Below are positions 37,290 to 51,120 of a DNA stretch of 64,000 bases, one piece after another. This stretch comes from Carcharhinus longimanus (lineage: Eukaryota). Position 1 is the first letter of the stretch; the number at the start of each line of letters is the position of its first letter. A program made the translations under genes and the position numbers. Below the pieces are notes generated by a model that had not been told where the DNA came from, ran no database searches, and saw only the letters and a program-made list of their open reading frames with translations. The stretch is taken from the NCBI GenBank assembly GCA_030264375.1, contig JASCQW010000027.1, positions 73,979,277 to 74,043,276 of the forward strand, read 5' to 3'.

Positions 37290-37740
37290 AGATGGTGGTG
37301 TAGTAGTATTGTCGCTGGATTAGTGATCCAAAGACTAATATTCTGGGGACATGGGTTTAAACCCTACCATTGAAGTTGGTGGAATTTAAATTTAATGCAT
37401 AAATCTTTAATTATTATAAAATGATAATCAATTGTTGTAAAATTTCATCTGGTTCACTAATGTTCTTTAGGGAAAGAAATCTGTCATCCTTGCTGAGCCT
37501 ATCTGTGACTTCAGACNNNNNNNNNNNNNNNNNNNNNNNNNNNNNNNNNNNNNNNNNNNNNNNNNNNNNNNNNNNNNNNNNNNNNNNNNNNNNNNNNNNN
37601 NNNNNNNNNNNNNNNNTGTAATGTGGTTGACTCCTAACTGTCCTCCAAAATTATTTAGCAAGCCATTCAGCGCAAGGTAATTGGAAATGGGCAACAAATG
37701 CTGGGTTTTCCAGTGATGCCAACCAACATCCCTTGAAAAA
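37290..37740 (+). mobile_element. Old tRNA-derived SINE with CR1-like tail (gap inside)
   Basis: ggtggtgtagtagtattgtcgctggattagtgatcc...gggtttaaaccc...gggcaacaaatgctgg. Confidence 0.55.
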
Positions 37741-40724
37741 ATAGCTTTACCTCACATGATACCTCTTAAACTTGTCCAAATAAACATATATTAACAGAAA
37801 CAGTTTGAAGAAAAAATAACTTATTATAACCTCCAAGGTATCAATCAATCAAACCAAACACTCCACTAACAAACCCCGACTGACCTAATCCAATAGTGAG
37901 TCTTGGAAATCAACCTAGCATTCATAATGATGTCATTTTTGGAGGGGGATTAAGATTTTTACCTTGTAATGTTCAATTTGCAGAGATTTTACAAATATTT
38001 TTGCATGCCGGTCATATTTTTAAAGATCTTGTTCCACGATCAAAATTTCTAGTCCCAGGGGTAAGCAGTCAAGTGGATCTCTACATTGAAAACTGGAGAG
38101 AGCAGAATTCAGGTCCAGAAGTACAGGGAATAGAGTCTTGGTATTTGGAAACATAGGTGGAGACTCAGAACTTAGAAACACCAACAGAGCTAAGAGAACA
38201 GGATCTGCAAATATTGCAACAGACATTCTAGCATCAGGGAGAATTGAAAAGCAAATCCTAGGAATAAGGAGCAGATTCCAGCAGGTAGGAAAACTAGTAG
38301 GAGGTACTCAAGGAAATGGTTGCACTGATCCTTGAAGGTTGTGAGTGCTGGAAGAGGTTACCCAAACTTTAGTGGCTTTGCAGAATGGGATATCTGGGTC
38401 CTAATTTCATCCAAGGATAGATCTGAAAGGAGTCTAGAGTCTGTAGATTTGAGAGGTTGGGGTGATGTACAGAGAGTGTGGTATTTTAGGACAATCTGTG
38501 CCGATCTGTCCCAAGTCCATTCTAGATTCCTCCATCAATGATGTTTTTACTAAACAGTTTTAAATGTGGCATGTACTTGAACCCTCTTGTTGCAAGTACT
38601 CTACATTGAAGATACTTGTCATATATCAGAATATTTACTGTCTGATGGCAATGTTACTGTAATTAGCTTCTCAAATAAGATTAAAACACAAGTGATATAA
38701 TTCGTCTGCTTAACAGAAATTGCCAAAATTCCATGTCTTTCATGGAGAAAAAGACACCTAGAAGCAGGATTTCCCAGACAATATACGCAGGAAAAATTCA
38801 TATTTCAAAATCATATTATTAAATCTGTGCTGTGTTTCTCCAGTAACACAGTTATTCCCACTGTGATTCTATTTGACTTTCTTTGTCTCTGGACTAGAGA
38901 GAGATTGTTCATCTAGCAACCTTGTACCATTTCTATTTTGGGACAATATGGTAAAAACAGGACTGATTTTTAGACTATAAATGATCACTGTATGTCCTCA
39001 GAAGTGGTAATTCTTCCATTATGGACTTAACTCAATATGAGGCCGTTTATGTTTACATTGTATGATTTGTATTGGTTGTCGATTTGTGTTTCAGATTTAG
39101 CTGTAAATAAATATTGGCCATTTTAACCTGTGGAAGTCTGATATGTATTTAATATGTCTAATATTCTGTTTGCGATGTTATTAATGACTATTGTTGGGCT
39201 CTTCTGAGGTTGGGTTCAACATCAGTTTTATTCAAAATAGAATAAAGGAGAACTACACTAAGAATGAGACTTTCTCTTTGGCACAATGTTGCAACAGAGA
39301 ATTCAATCATACTGGCGATGTGATTTTAGATTGTCTCCCCAAGATGATGTGAACTGTCTGATTTACATATCCACATTAACCCTTTACACTACAACATCCA
39401 CAAAGCTAATTGACAGTTCAGAGTGAAACTCGATTTAGTGGATTACTATAAAATGGTTAATTGTTAATCCTCAAATCATTTAACTGGAAAGACTGATTAT
39501 TGGTAGAATTACAACTTTTGAATCTTAGCAGATCAGATCCATTTGTGGGAATTGACATGAAAGTACATCAAGGCAAAACAATTCTGTAAGAAAGAAATGT
39601 ATGGGACAACAAATATATGGCACAAATTAGGTTGCNNNNNNNNNNGGTTGCTGGAAAACCACTGTACCATTGTCTCCCTCAATGATTGTGAACTTTTCAT
39701 TTACAGCTTTTGAGAAAGGGAAAACCTACACCAAGATGGAACACAACCCATCTCTATTATATGTTTCTTACGGGAAAATGCTTTTCATTTAACTTGTTTT
39801 CCTTTAGCATGCTATTTTAGGAATGCATTCGGAGTGCTAAATAAGGGATAGTTGTATTGGTAAGTAATTCCCTGTCCTGAACACAAATAGGAAACTTTTG
39901 GTGTGTTTTTTATTCAAATAACAATATTTAAGTGAATGTGAAGATTGAAGGTTATATATAACGTCAACTCACACTAATGTGACAAAATACTGGGACAAGA
40001 AAAAGATAGGTCTGTGACCATGACTTTTTCAGAATGCAATATTGTTTTGTTGCATCATCAATCAAAGTAGTCAGTTGAAGCCAGACAGTTTTCCACAAGA
40101 AGCTACCACAAAGAGATTTTAAAAATCCAAAATAAGTTTTTTCAGTTGATCTGCTCTCCATCTGTCCAATTTTGGATGGGTCCGAAGTGGGTGAGGGCAA
40201 CAAAATCAAATAGGGAAGGTGTTCTCTCAGCTCATCTCCAGTCATAACCAGTCCTGGGATTTTTGTTGTGTCTAAAGAACACATGCCTGTCTTAAAATAG
40301 ACATTAATGTTCAAATGATGTGTCGATGATGGGAAAATGGCTTGCAGCATATTTCCTGTCATTGTTGTCACAATGATATCGGTTTAGAGCAATGCTATTC
40401 ATGTGGTCATCCAGCATTGTAATGGTGACTGAAAGCCCACAAGAATATAATTGATTGCAGACTGATTCACCACCCTTCAATGGACCAAGACTTGAAAAGC
40501 TTTTTTTAATGAATTCTTCTTCAACTGTCCCAAAGGCATCTGACCTCATTTGTTCTGGGAACTGCCTACCGCAACTCCACCCACTTCCACTACAAATGTG
40601 AGTCTACTAAATTTAAATTAAGCAGATTTGAAAAATCTACTAGGATTAGCCAATGGTTAAATGTATGGGTGCAAAGCTCACTCTGGCCAGAAATGCAGAG
40701 GGTCAGGGAATGAAGTAGTGAAAT

Positions 40725-41060
40725 CATAGAAACCCTACAGTACAGAAAGAGGCCATTCAGCCCATTGAGCCTGCACTGACCACAATTCCACCCAGGCCCT
40801 ACCCTATATCCCCACATATTTACCCACTAATCCTTCTAACCTATGCACATCAGGACACTAAGGGCAATTTTTAGCATGGCCAATCATCCTAACCCACACA
40901 CCTTTGAACTGTGGGAGGAAACCAGAGCACCCGGTGGAAACCCATGCAGGCACGAGGAGAATGTGGAAACTCCATACAGGCAGTGACCCAAGCCAGAAAT
41001 CGAACCCAGGTCCTTGGAGCTGTGAAGCAGCAGTGCTAACCACTGTGCTGCTGTGTCACC
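40725..41060 (-). mobile_element. HE1-type V-SINE
   Basis: Full-length minus copy. Confidence 0.9.
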
Positions 41061-41100
41061 CGAAAGTGAGTGGTTACTTTCCATCTAACTGGTCAAAAAA

Positions 41101-41470
41101 ATCATAGAATCCATACAGTGCAGAAGGAGGCCATTTGACTCATTGAAACTCTCACCAACTCTCTTACAGAGAATCTTATCCAGAGCCTCTCCCCAATCCT
41201 ATCTCCATAACTTCACACATTTACCATGGCTAAACCATCTAACCTACACATCTTGAGACACTGAGGGGCAAATTAGCATTCTCATCCACCTAACCTGCAC
41301 ATCTTTGGACTATGGGAGGAAACGGGAGCACCCACAGGGAATGGGAGCACTTGGGGGAAACCCACACGGGGAAAATGTGCAAACTCCATATAGTGACCCA
41401 AGGTTGGAATCAAATCCTGGTCTCTGGAGCTGCGAGGCAGCAGTGCTAACCATTGTGCCACTGTGCTACC
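41101..41470 (-). mobile_element. HE1-type V-SINE
   Basis: Second minus copy immediately adjacent, with a small internal duplication (gggagcac twice). Confidence 0.88.
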
Positions 41471-42209
41471 CTCTAACTTTTATTACTTTAAATAACTCAT
41501 TAACTCTTAATCACTAACTAACTAACAATTCTTACCTCCATTCAGCGACACTCCTGACTCATCACTTCCCTCTCACTTGTCAATCTTTACGCTCATCAAC
41601 CTTCCCCTTGTTGCTTCCGCTCAATCATTGCTTCCCTTTCCTGACCCCTCACTTTGAACAAGAACTGGGAGAGGGATGGCAAGAGGAAGGGAGTGAACGG
41701 AGCTGTGAGTGAGTGGGAGAATCAGGAGGAGCTGGGATGGAATCTGTGAGTGGGAGAAGCAAAAGGCAAATGGGAGGGTCAGGCAGGAAATGGCAAATGG
41801 GAGGATGGGCACAGGAGGGTCAGGGAGGGAAGTAGTGAGTGAGAGAGTCAGGGAGGGAGATGGCTACTCAGAGCATTGGGCAGCAGGTGTGTCGGCAACT
41901 GGAAGGCTTTGGAAAGGAAGTGGTAAGTGGGAGAGTGAGTGGTCAGCAAGGTTAGGAGGTAGGTGATGAGTGGGTAAGAAAATTGACATGAGGGAGGCTC
42001 AGAGTGGGAAGCTGCAAGAGAGAGTGTTGGCGACAGAGAAGGTCAGCAAAGCAGATATTTGTTTTTAAAAAAGACTGAGCATGCTTTGTAACTGCATTAA
42101 AATGAAAATGGTGACATCATTATTTGGGAATATCCCTAATTAACCAACCGCACTAAAATGAAAATACACTATTAGAGCACGTTTTAAACAGGGCACGCCT
42201 GTACAGTTA

Positions 42210-42472
42210 AGATAAAAGCAAATTATTGTGGATTGCTGAGATTTCCCAGAAAATGCTGGAAAATCTGAGCAGGTCTGACAGCATCTTTGGAGAGAGAACA
42301 GAACCTGTGAGCGGGGCTTTATGGCCTCGCTCATCCCAAAACCGGAAAATCCTATCCGAAGTCCATGGACCTTTCCATGGTCTGCCCTTCACCCACTCTG
42401 ATTCCCATGGTGGATGGGACGGTAAAGTTCTAGCAAATGTTTCGAGTCTGAATGAAGCTTTCATCAGAGCTC
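42210..42472 (-). mobile_element. Penelope-like terminal repeat interrupted by a MITE (42309-42433)
   Basis: aaaatgctggaaaatctgagcaggtctgacagcatc...[MITE]...tgtttcgagtctg...tcatcagagc. Confidence 0.7.
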
Positions 42473-42979
42473 TGCAGTAGTTTTTTTGTAGACTTGTAAT
42501 TCCCTTTAACCACCCCTAGGTGAAACCAACACACTTTGTAAATGGTAAATCCAGTCTTATGCAGTCTGTGAGTCAGAAGAAACAGTAACAACATCTCCTG
42601 ACAGAAATTTGACCAGGATTTAAATTTCTATTCTTGGATTTATAAAGACAGTGCACTCAGTATGGATTAATTTTCTATTGAAAATCAACTGATGATTCAT
42701 TTCAGTTGGCTTTTAAGCAAGATCAGTAATTTGACATTCATTCATTCAGTGATAGATGGAATTTTACCCTCTGGGTGGGTGGATGTAGCGGGTTCAAAGA
42801 GAAAAATGCTGGGATATTGGAAGCCAACAAGAACGCATCAAATTCTGCACCTAACTGGAGCATGCTGGTTAGCATGTAGTAAAATCCTCATAGGACAAGT
42901 GAGTCTGATACTATTAATACTCAAAGTTAATTGGGTACATTTTCAACTCCAGGTTCTGTTTCTAACATATATAGACAGA

Positions 42980-43950
42980 GAATAAGCTTTTTAGACATGA
43001 GGGAGCGCTGGCATCTCAGGAAGCTCAGGCTTTCACATTAGGTCATTCCTGATATTTACAGCCTTCTGGAAGAGGTTCTCCTGCCCAGTTGGCCTGATGG
43101 GCATGCAATGCTTGTTGTGGCCACAGTCACCACAATGAAATTCTTTGTCTTTGGCTCCTTCCAGAGATCTGCCAGTGGCATCTATAGAATCTTCCAATCT
43201 GCTGCACACAAGCACATGTCCTAGTTAACAGATGCTCTGTTTATCAGGGCCACCATTTACATCCATTTTGCTAGATGATGCCAATCAGAGTGAGAGGGCC
43301 CTTGGATTTGCTGCCTTGGCCAGATTTCCAGAGTCATTGAATGGCCACATGTTACCATCAAGATACCTTCAGATCAGCGAGCAAATATCTATAAATCAAA
43401 AGGGATTTCAGTCTATTCATGTTCAATTGGCGTGTTAGCGCTGAAAGGTGACCATGCAAGATACCTAGGAAGTTGCCATGATGCCTTTGCCCCGTGCCTG
43501 TCAAAGCTCCGATGGATATTCACATCTCCAAAACAGTAAGCAGATGGCTCCTTGGAGAAAAGGACAAACCTCTAAAAACGTGGCTGGTGACATCTGTGGG
43601 GCATTCCTAGCACTGACCACTAGGGTTGAACATACATGAGCACAAGAGTTGGCATCAAGCAAGCCATTTGCTAATGATGTGATTGAAGTGCATGGACAGA
43701 TCTATGGGTGTCCTTCAGTACACACCAACAAGGCTATCCAGAATGGTAGTGCTTCACAGCAGATAGCAGCAGAGGAGACTGGATTTGCTGGAGGAGAAGA
43801 TGATCTTTGGAGGAGGAACCTGATAAGGTGAGGGCACCCCCTGCGGCTGCATACTTAGCTGCTAGGATACCCAGAACAAACTTATTCAGGCACGTTTCAG
43901 CAAGTACGGGGCAAAAATGTGGAGTATGGAACATTGAAATAAAGTTTATG
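42980..43950 (+). mobile_element. Degenerate PIF/Harbinger transposase
   Basis: ALGFAALARFP; INQKGFQSIHVQL; GSCHDAF; WLLGEKDKPLKTWLVT. Confidence 0.75.
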
Positions 43951-44274
43951 TTTCATAAACATTGAATAGCAATGTGACAATTTAACACCATATTAAACAT
44001 CCAAGTGAATACTCTTGTGCAATTATTCAGTTCTTTCTCCTCCTTTTCTTATTACTCCCAGGTGGTACCACCCCTGTGGCTTCAGGACAGTAAAAATTCT
44101 GACAACACCAGGTTTTAGTCCAACCGATTTATTTGATAATAGACTCACAAGCTTTCGGGATTAGTCCCTTCGTCNNNNNNNNNNNNNNNNNNNNNNNNNN
44201 NNNNNNNNNNNNNNNNNNNNNNNNNNNNNNNNNNNNNNNNNNNNNNNNNNNNNNNNNNNNNNNNNNNNNNNNNN

Positions 44275-44640
44275 TTATAGAAACATATAAGATTATGAAG
44301 GGAATAGATAAGATAGAAGCAGGGAAGTTGTTTCCACTGGCAGGTGAAACTCAAACCAGGGGGCCTGGCCTTAAAATAAGGGGGAGCAAATTTAGGACTG
44401 AGTTGAGGAGGAACTTCTTCACCCAAAGGGTTGTGAACCTGTGGAGTTCCCTGTCCTGTGAAACAGTTGAGGCTACCTCATTGAATGTTTTTAAGGCAAG
44501 AAAAGATTCATTTTTGAACAGTAAAGGATTATGGTGAGCAGGCGGTTAAGTGGAGCTGAGTCCATGATCTTATTGAATGGTGGAGCAGGCTCAAGAGGCC
44601 AGATGGCCTACCCCTGCTCCAGGTTCTTATGTTCTTATGT
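44275..44640 (+). mobile_element. CR1 LINE 3' end
   Basis: IETYKIMKGIDK...RNFFTQRVVNLW plus ttcttatg tail. Confidence 0.9.
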
Positions 44641-45004
44641 CCTTATTCCAACCAGTGGAGAATTTTCCCCCAGATATCCATTGACAATTTTACTGGGGCT
44701 TCCTGATTCCACAGCTGTCCAAATGCTGTCTTGACGTGAAGAGGAGTCACTGTCACCTCAACTCTGGAATTTAATTCTTTTGCCTATATTTAAGCAAGGC
44801 TCTTGTGAGGTCTGGAGCCAATCTGGCAGAATCCAAACTTAACATCAGGGTACTGGTGAATTAGTGGAACTTGATGGAACTGTTGATGACCACTCAATGA
44901 CTGTGCTGATAGTTCAGAGTTGACTGATAAAGCAGTAATTGGCCTGATTGAATCTGCCCTGTAATTTGTAGACATGTTAGATACCTGAAAAATTTTCCCA
45001 CCTT

Positions 45005-45703
45005 GGTGGGCCTTGTTGCTGCCAGGCAGTGGAAGTCCCCGATGGAGGTCCCTCTACGGAGGGATCTCCCCCAATTACCTTGGGGACCTGGGGTGGAGGT
45101 TGCTGCATGCAGCGGTGCCATACAACCGTAGGTTTTTCTGGGACATAGGCTCCCGAGACTGCCCTTTCTGCGGCCTCGAGGAGTCCATAGACCATGTCTA
45201 CGTTCTGTGTTATAGATTGCACACCCTTTTTTGTTTTCTCAAACACCTTTTACTGATGTTTTGTTTGCACTTCAGTCCCAAGCTCCTAATCTACAGGCAC
45301 CTGGTGCGGAGAGGGGCACATCGGGACGCCGACCTCTTTGTGAACCTGCTCCTGGGCCTGGCGAGACGCGCCATCAATAGGTCCAGGCAGCGGGTGATCG
45401 TTGGGGCCGTCCATCCCGACTGCCTGCCCCTCTACCGCGACTACGTTCGCGGCCAGGTATCCCTGGAGAGGGAGCATGCAGTGTCCACGGGTGCAGTTTA
45501 TGCCTTCCGCGCCCACTGGGCACCGAAGGGGCTGGTGTTGTTCTAGACCCTGACAATCACATTTTGATTTAACGTTTTAAGTTTCCTTTGGACTTTGGTT
45601 TCTGTTTGGGCTGTCCCCCCTTCCTTTTTGGGGGGGGTGCCCCTCGTAATTTGTCCCAAAGTTAATTTGAGTTTGTTTTACTTGTTGGGTACATGAAAGA
45701 ATG
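45005..45703 (+). mobile_element. Tx1-clade (L1 group) non-LTR retrotransposon, 5'-truncated, with ORF2 C-terminus and 3'UTR
   Basis: Open frame 45013-45546: WRSLY...GDLGWRLLH...CPFCGLEESIDHVYVLC (CCHC knuckle)...LLLGLARRAI; T-rich 3'UTR; flanked by a degenerate ~25-bp direct repeat. Confidence 0.85.
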
Positions 45704-46379
45704 ACCTGAGAAATTTCCCACTTTTGGTATAGATGTGAGTATTGTAGCTGGGCAGAAACAGAAAACTATAACGGCAAATCAGGATCATGGTAATAAGTTT
45801 TGTAAGTTATCAGGCTCCAATAAGAAGGTCCTTTTGACTACCATTGAACTATTTATGCATTATTATCCTCACTTTTTTTGGTGTTTTTCTTTTTTATTTC
45901 ATGGCATGTGGGTGTCGGTGGTTAGGCTAACATTTATTGCCTGTTCCTAATTATCCTTGCCCCTCTGCTGGCACTCAAGGTCTCAGGAACACCTATGCTA
46001 ATTGATGTGTTTTTGTTGCCCCCAGTGCCATAGCTGGCAATCAAGGATACTGTTTGTGGTGTCTAGAAATAGTAAAGATGGAGTAATGGAGGGATGCCTG
46101 GTAAATCAAAACACATACTCGCATCGGCAATCAGAGATGTCCAAACCTCACGTTAGTGCATACTTGTACTCCAATTCTCAATGAAACTGAGACAGCAATT
46201 GCAATGGTACCACCTTGTAAAATGATTGAGCAGCCACCATGTTGGAGAGTATTCGTCAACACCCCAATGACAGAGTTCTGTGCTTTCAATAGTACTGCAC
46301 AAAAGAAGGGTTCTCAGGATGATCATGAAATAAAAAAGATGTGCATTTTTATAGAACCTTCCATAATCTTAATATGTTG

Positions 46380-47095
46380 CAGAGAATTTGCAGCCAATGA
46401 AGCACTTTCAAATTGTAATGAATGTTATAATTTGGGAAATATGGCAGCTAATTTTCACACAACAGCTCCCACACACTGCAATGAAATAATTGCCAGATAA
46501 TTTGATTTTTGTGATCTTAATTGAGAGATAAATATTGGCCATGATACCAGGGAAATCTCCCTCACTCTTCTTCAAAATGGTGTATCCATTTGTAAGGGCA
46601 GATGGAGCTTCAGCTCAATATCTGAGCGGAAAGACAGCATGTCCAACAGTGCAAGTTCCCCTTTAGAACACCACTGGGAGTGGGACAGTGGTTAGTACTG
46701 TTGCTTCACAGTGCCAGGGACCCAGGTTCAATTCCGGCCTTGGGTGCCTGCCTAGGTGGAATTTGCACATTCTCCCTGTGTCATGGGTTTCCTCTGGGTG
46801 CTCCTGTTTCTTCCCACAGTCCAAAGATGTGCAGGTTAGGATCGGCCATGATAAATTATCTCTTAGTGTCTCAAGATGTAAAGGCTATGGGGAAACATGA
46901 GGTTAATGCATGGGGTTATGGAGACAGGGCCTGGGTAAGATGCTCTGTCAGAGAGTCAATGCAGACTCGATGGGCCAAATTACCTTTCTGAACCGTAGGG
47001 ATTCTATGAGTGTCAGCATATGTCTCTGTGTTCAAATCGCTGAGACTTGAACCCACGACCTCTTTATCTCAGCTGAGATGGCTACCAACTGAGCC
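46380..47095 (-). mobile_element. DeuSINE (SacSINE1-like) with nested V-SINE
   Basis: ggaaatatggcagctaatttt...gataaatattggcc...ctcttcttcaaaat. V-SINE at ~46683-47007, with gagtg on both sides. Confidence 0.65.
46683..47007 (+). mobile_element. HE1-type V-SINE
   Basis: acagtggttagtactgttgc...gggtttcctctgggtgctcc...gggattctat. Confidence 0.88.
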
Positions 47096-48559
47096 ACGAT
47101 CATCATCATTATCATCAGCCATCAAAAGCCTGACTATACTTATTAATATAGCACCAATTGCATCTGCAGGCACGATTGCATCTCATTGGCACTAAACTTC
47201 AGAGTTTGGGTCAATGCAGAGCTGGATGTGGTGGTGTATCAGGAGAAACCAGCAGGCTATTCAGATCTTGGCTAATGTTGATAGCAGTTGGCCGTACATT
47301 GCAATTCCTTCCAAATATGAAGATTGTGCTTTTGATGTGATGCAAACCCAACTTTTCTCATCATTATATGCAACACCATTTCAATCGCCTGGTCCATAAA
47401 ATTGAAGTGCTGTTAGCAAATTATCATTTGTTTACACAAGTTCTTTATCATTTCGAGAAGACTTCCAGATGGAAATTGACCGAATTACCACAAATGAAAG
47501 TTTAATTCCCTCCATTATTAAAAGTGCTTCCAAGTATTTTGCCTTTTCCCCTCAAAAACTCTGAACTCATATAGAATCTCAAAACCATGAAAGACGTGAT
47601 CTTATTCTCAAGCTAAAACTCATCTGTTTCTAACTCCTCTCAAATGCCTGAACTGGATAGAAAGAACATTTCTTGCGGAGCCTGCCTTTAATTGGAAAGA
47701 ACTGGGTTTTCCAAGAGTATCAATCTTACAGAAAAACATCATGGATGCAATTTTATCTGCTGTTCACGTCATACTCCCACTGCAGTGAAGTCGGAGAATT
47801 TGGCAACCAGCCAAATCTCTGTTCACTGTGGCCAGATGTGAAAATCCCACTGGTTTGGACAGTGGGAAGAGCCCGCCCATATTTTTGATGCACCATTCAA
47901 TCCGGAAACACATTTGTTTAAATTTTACAATTTTTTTTCTATATCACAGGCTTCTTTTGGTGGTTTCAAAAATACTTCCTTTGCAATTTCTCACCATGCA
48001 AAATGCAGCTAACAAAAGATCCTCAAGCTTACTTTCCCTGCAGTCGAGGAGTCCACCTTGACATCTAGATCCTCAAGTCTCTCCTCAAAACTCCCAAGCT
48101 ACTAGTCTACCTTTAGTCTTGTATATGCCATCAGGGAGGACCTTTCCTGTGCACGTTCACCTGTGCAACAAGGCTGGTTATCCTGTCTGGTATTTCAGTC
48201 TATCCTTCAAATTATTTTTTGCTTCCTTGATAAGTTTATCTTCCAATATAAAACCTCTCCAACATGGGGGTTTCTGCTTCTAGTGACATGCTGTAGTTCC
48301 TTTTCTTGTCAAGCCACAACCTCAACTTTCCTGTCTCCCCCCCCTGGCCCCGGNNNNNNNNNNNNNNNNNNNNNNNNNNNNNNNNNNNNNNNNNNNNNNN
48401 NNNNNNNNNNNNNNNNNNNNNNNNNNNNNNNNNNNNNNNNNNNNNNNNNNNNNTCTTTTTCCAGGCTTTTCAGATCAGAGCAACGCTCCCCCGCCACCCC
48501 CCACCTCCATATTTTTCCTCATGGACTGCTGTTGCATGATCTTTCCCGCATGCGATCAG

Positions 48560-49410
48560 AGTCCTGATTGCAAATTTGTGATCTATTCCTGGGATCACAA
48601 CCTCTTTCCGGTTAAATGTCAGAACTGAGATTGTGCTTCCTGGCCTTCCAAATTCTTACATCCTTTTCCCAATTCATGGGTCTTATTTCCTGACCTGCAT
48701 CCTGCACATTTAACTAATGTTTATATTTCCTAGCGACTTTTCCCTCTACACATCCCTCTACACACTGGCCCCTTCTGGCATATATGTTACCTTTGTTCCT
48801 ACTTTGAGTAGTTGTCCTTTTGTATAAATAGCCTTATCCTGCATTTCACTGTTAATTCATTTATTGCCAATCAATTCTCCAGTTGCTGTAGTCGGCTGCT
48901 CATAATTGCCCAACATGCACATATCTGAAATGTGTGGTGCCCTTTCACTCTGTATATCTTGTTCCAAATCTGTAAAGGTATAGTCAGTGCCAATTAGCCT
49001 TGCAATTTATAAAATGTTTGATCAGACAGTATTTTATGTGACATGCCTTCGATCACTGCATGATTTCTCTTGCACAGATCAAGATTGAATGGACTGTTTG
49101 TTGTAGTGTGCATAATTTCTCATTGGCAAATTCCCCACCATTATCTGTCAGGAATTTTGTTAGTGTCCCTAATCCTGTTCCCACTCATTTCTGCATGATC
49201 TTATCAACAATGGTCCATTTGTCCTTCCCACATATTACAGTGAATATGCTATATCTGGTCATATATCTATACAGTGTAACAAAAAGAATCTCCCCCATCA
49301 TTGTCCCATATTTTTATGTCCATTGCCACTGCATTGTTAAGTTCTTTGGCTAATGGCAAGCTCACAACAGGATGTGGTGATGTTTTTCTATCTTTTTCAC
49401 AAATAATTTC
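48560..49410 (-). mobile_element. LTR-retrotransposon pol/integrase remnant
   Basis: Minus: HPVVSLPLAKELNNAVAMDIKIWD and KFLTDNGGEFANE (rve integrase DDE motifs). Confidence 0.7.
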
Positions 49411-49414
49411 ATAC

Positions 49415-49876
49415 CAAGTGGGCAAGAATATAGCAGATGGAATACAATGCAGAAAAACATGAGGTAATCCAGTTTGGTAGAAGGAACGGTGGTACCGAAT
49501 ATTTCCAAAGTGTCGGTGTACAAAAGGACCTGGGGTCTTTGTCCATAAGTCACTAAAGGCTAACATGCAAGTGCAGCAAATTATTAGGAAGGCTAATGGA
49601 ATGTTAGCCTTTATCACAAGAGGATCTGAGTCCAGGAGTAATGAGATCTTGCTTCAATTCTATAGAAGTTTGGTTAGATCGCACATGGCATACATTGTGC
49701 AATTTGGTCCCCTTACCTCAAAAGGATATTATTGCGATGGAGAAAGTGAAACAAATGTTCACCAGGCCTGTTTTGGGGTTGGCGGGACTGTCTTATGACA
49801 GAGCAACCTGGGCTTATATTTTCTAGATTTTCAAAGAAAGAGAGATGATCTCATTGTGCCCTACAAAATACTTAAA
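49415..49876 (+). mobile_element. CR1 RT C-terminal fragment
   Basis: QVQQIIRKANGMLAFITRG...ILLQFYRSLVRSH. Confidence 0.85.
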
Positions 49877-49877
49877 G

Positions 49878-50510
49878 CCGAGGTCTCCAAATAGTCAATC
49901 ATGATCGACAGGTCAATCTTGGACTCTCAAAGTCAATTGTCATTGACTGCCGAAATTCGGGTTTCTCATGCTGATGTGAATCAACTCAGTGACTGCTGAA
50001 TCACAGGCGCCAGAACATAGACTAATCTGGATAAAGACAAAATGATGAGTAATGTGCCATTGCCACCAGGGATAGGAAAGTGAATTTTCTTTTCTAAATG
50101 TCAAAGATAAGACCATTTGTCTCATTTGTCATCAGAATGTAGCCTTGAGTATAAGAGGTCATTTGGAACAGTCACAGAAGAAGGCATGTAAAATTTCAAG
50201 TAAATTTCCCTTTAACCAGTACCATTTGGGGGAAGCAAGTTGGGGAGTTAAAAGGGATGTTGAAAGCTCAACAGTTATTCTTCAAAACTTGGGGCAAAAG
50301 GCAAGGATAGCAAAAAGACAATTTTTCACATTCGTTATCTGCTGGTAAAACATAAGAAACTGTTCACCAATGGTGAAGCTATCAATGTTGCTGCCGAAAC
50401 CTTGTTCAAAGACCTTAAAACAAAGATGAATTTATGCTGCTTGATGTTTTAACCGATGCCCATCTGATGGACTGCATGAGACTGGTCATCTTAAACTGTG
50501 GCCCTGTACA
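49878..50510 (+). mobile_element. hAT (Charlie/SPIN-like) transposon remnant
   Basis: gaggtctccaaa TIR-like start; NVKDKTICLICHQNVA and KHKKLFTNGE resemble the Charlie/GTF2IRD2-type transposase N-terminus. Confidence 0.5.
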
Positions 50511-50659
50511 GTTTTCATTGTCCACCAGATTCTTATTTGCAGAAGTGACCAAGACTTAAAGTTAAAGTTTTTTTTATCAGAAGCATGCTCACATTCACAC
50601 TGCATTGAAGTTACTGTGACTTCTTGAATTCTTTGCTGAAGAATTTTTGGCTTCTTTCA

Positions 50660-51120
50660 TGGCCATTTGGCTCATTGAGTCTGCACTGACGACTATCCCA
50701 CCAGCCTTTTCTCCATAATCCCATGTATTTACTCTGCAAGTCCCCTAACACTAAGGGACAATTTAGCATGGCCAACCAACCTAACCTCATATTAAGTTAA
50801 TCTTTCTCTATACTCAAGCTATGAATGTAACACTACATTCTGCACTATCTCCTTTCCTTCCCTATGTACAGTATATTTTATCTGTACAGCGTGCAAAAAA
50901 CAATACTTCTCACTGTATACTAATATATGTGACAATAATAAATCAAATCAGATCAAATAACCTGCTCATCTTTGGAGTGTGGAAGGAAACCGGAGCACCT
51001 AGAAGAAACCCACACAGATGTAAGGGGAATGTGCAAACTCCGCACAAAAAGTGAGCTGAGGCCAGAATTGAACCCGGGTCCCGGATAAGGCAGCAGTCTA
51101 ATGACAGTGCCATCATGCTG
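50660..51120 (-). mobile_element. V-SINE interrupted by a LINE 3'UTR (~50787-50956)
   Basis: taacct occurs on both sides of an insert ending aataataaatcaaatcagatcaaa. Confidence 0.7.

Noticed and set aside
39964-40549. Overlapping minus ORFs of 135 and 81 aa
   Set aside because: No recognisable motifs or convincing splice sites.
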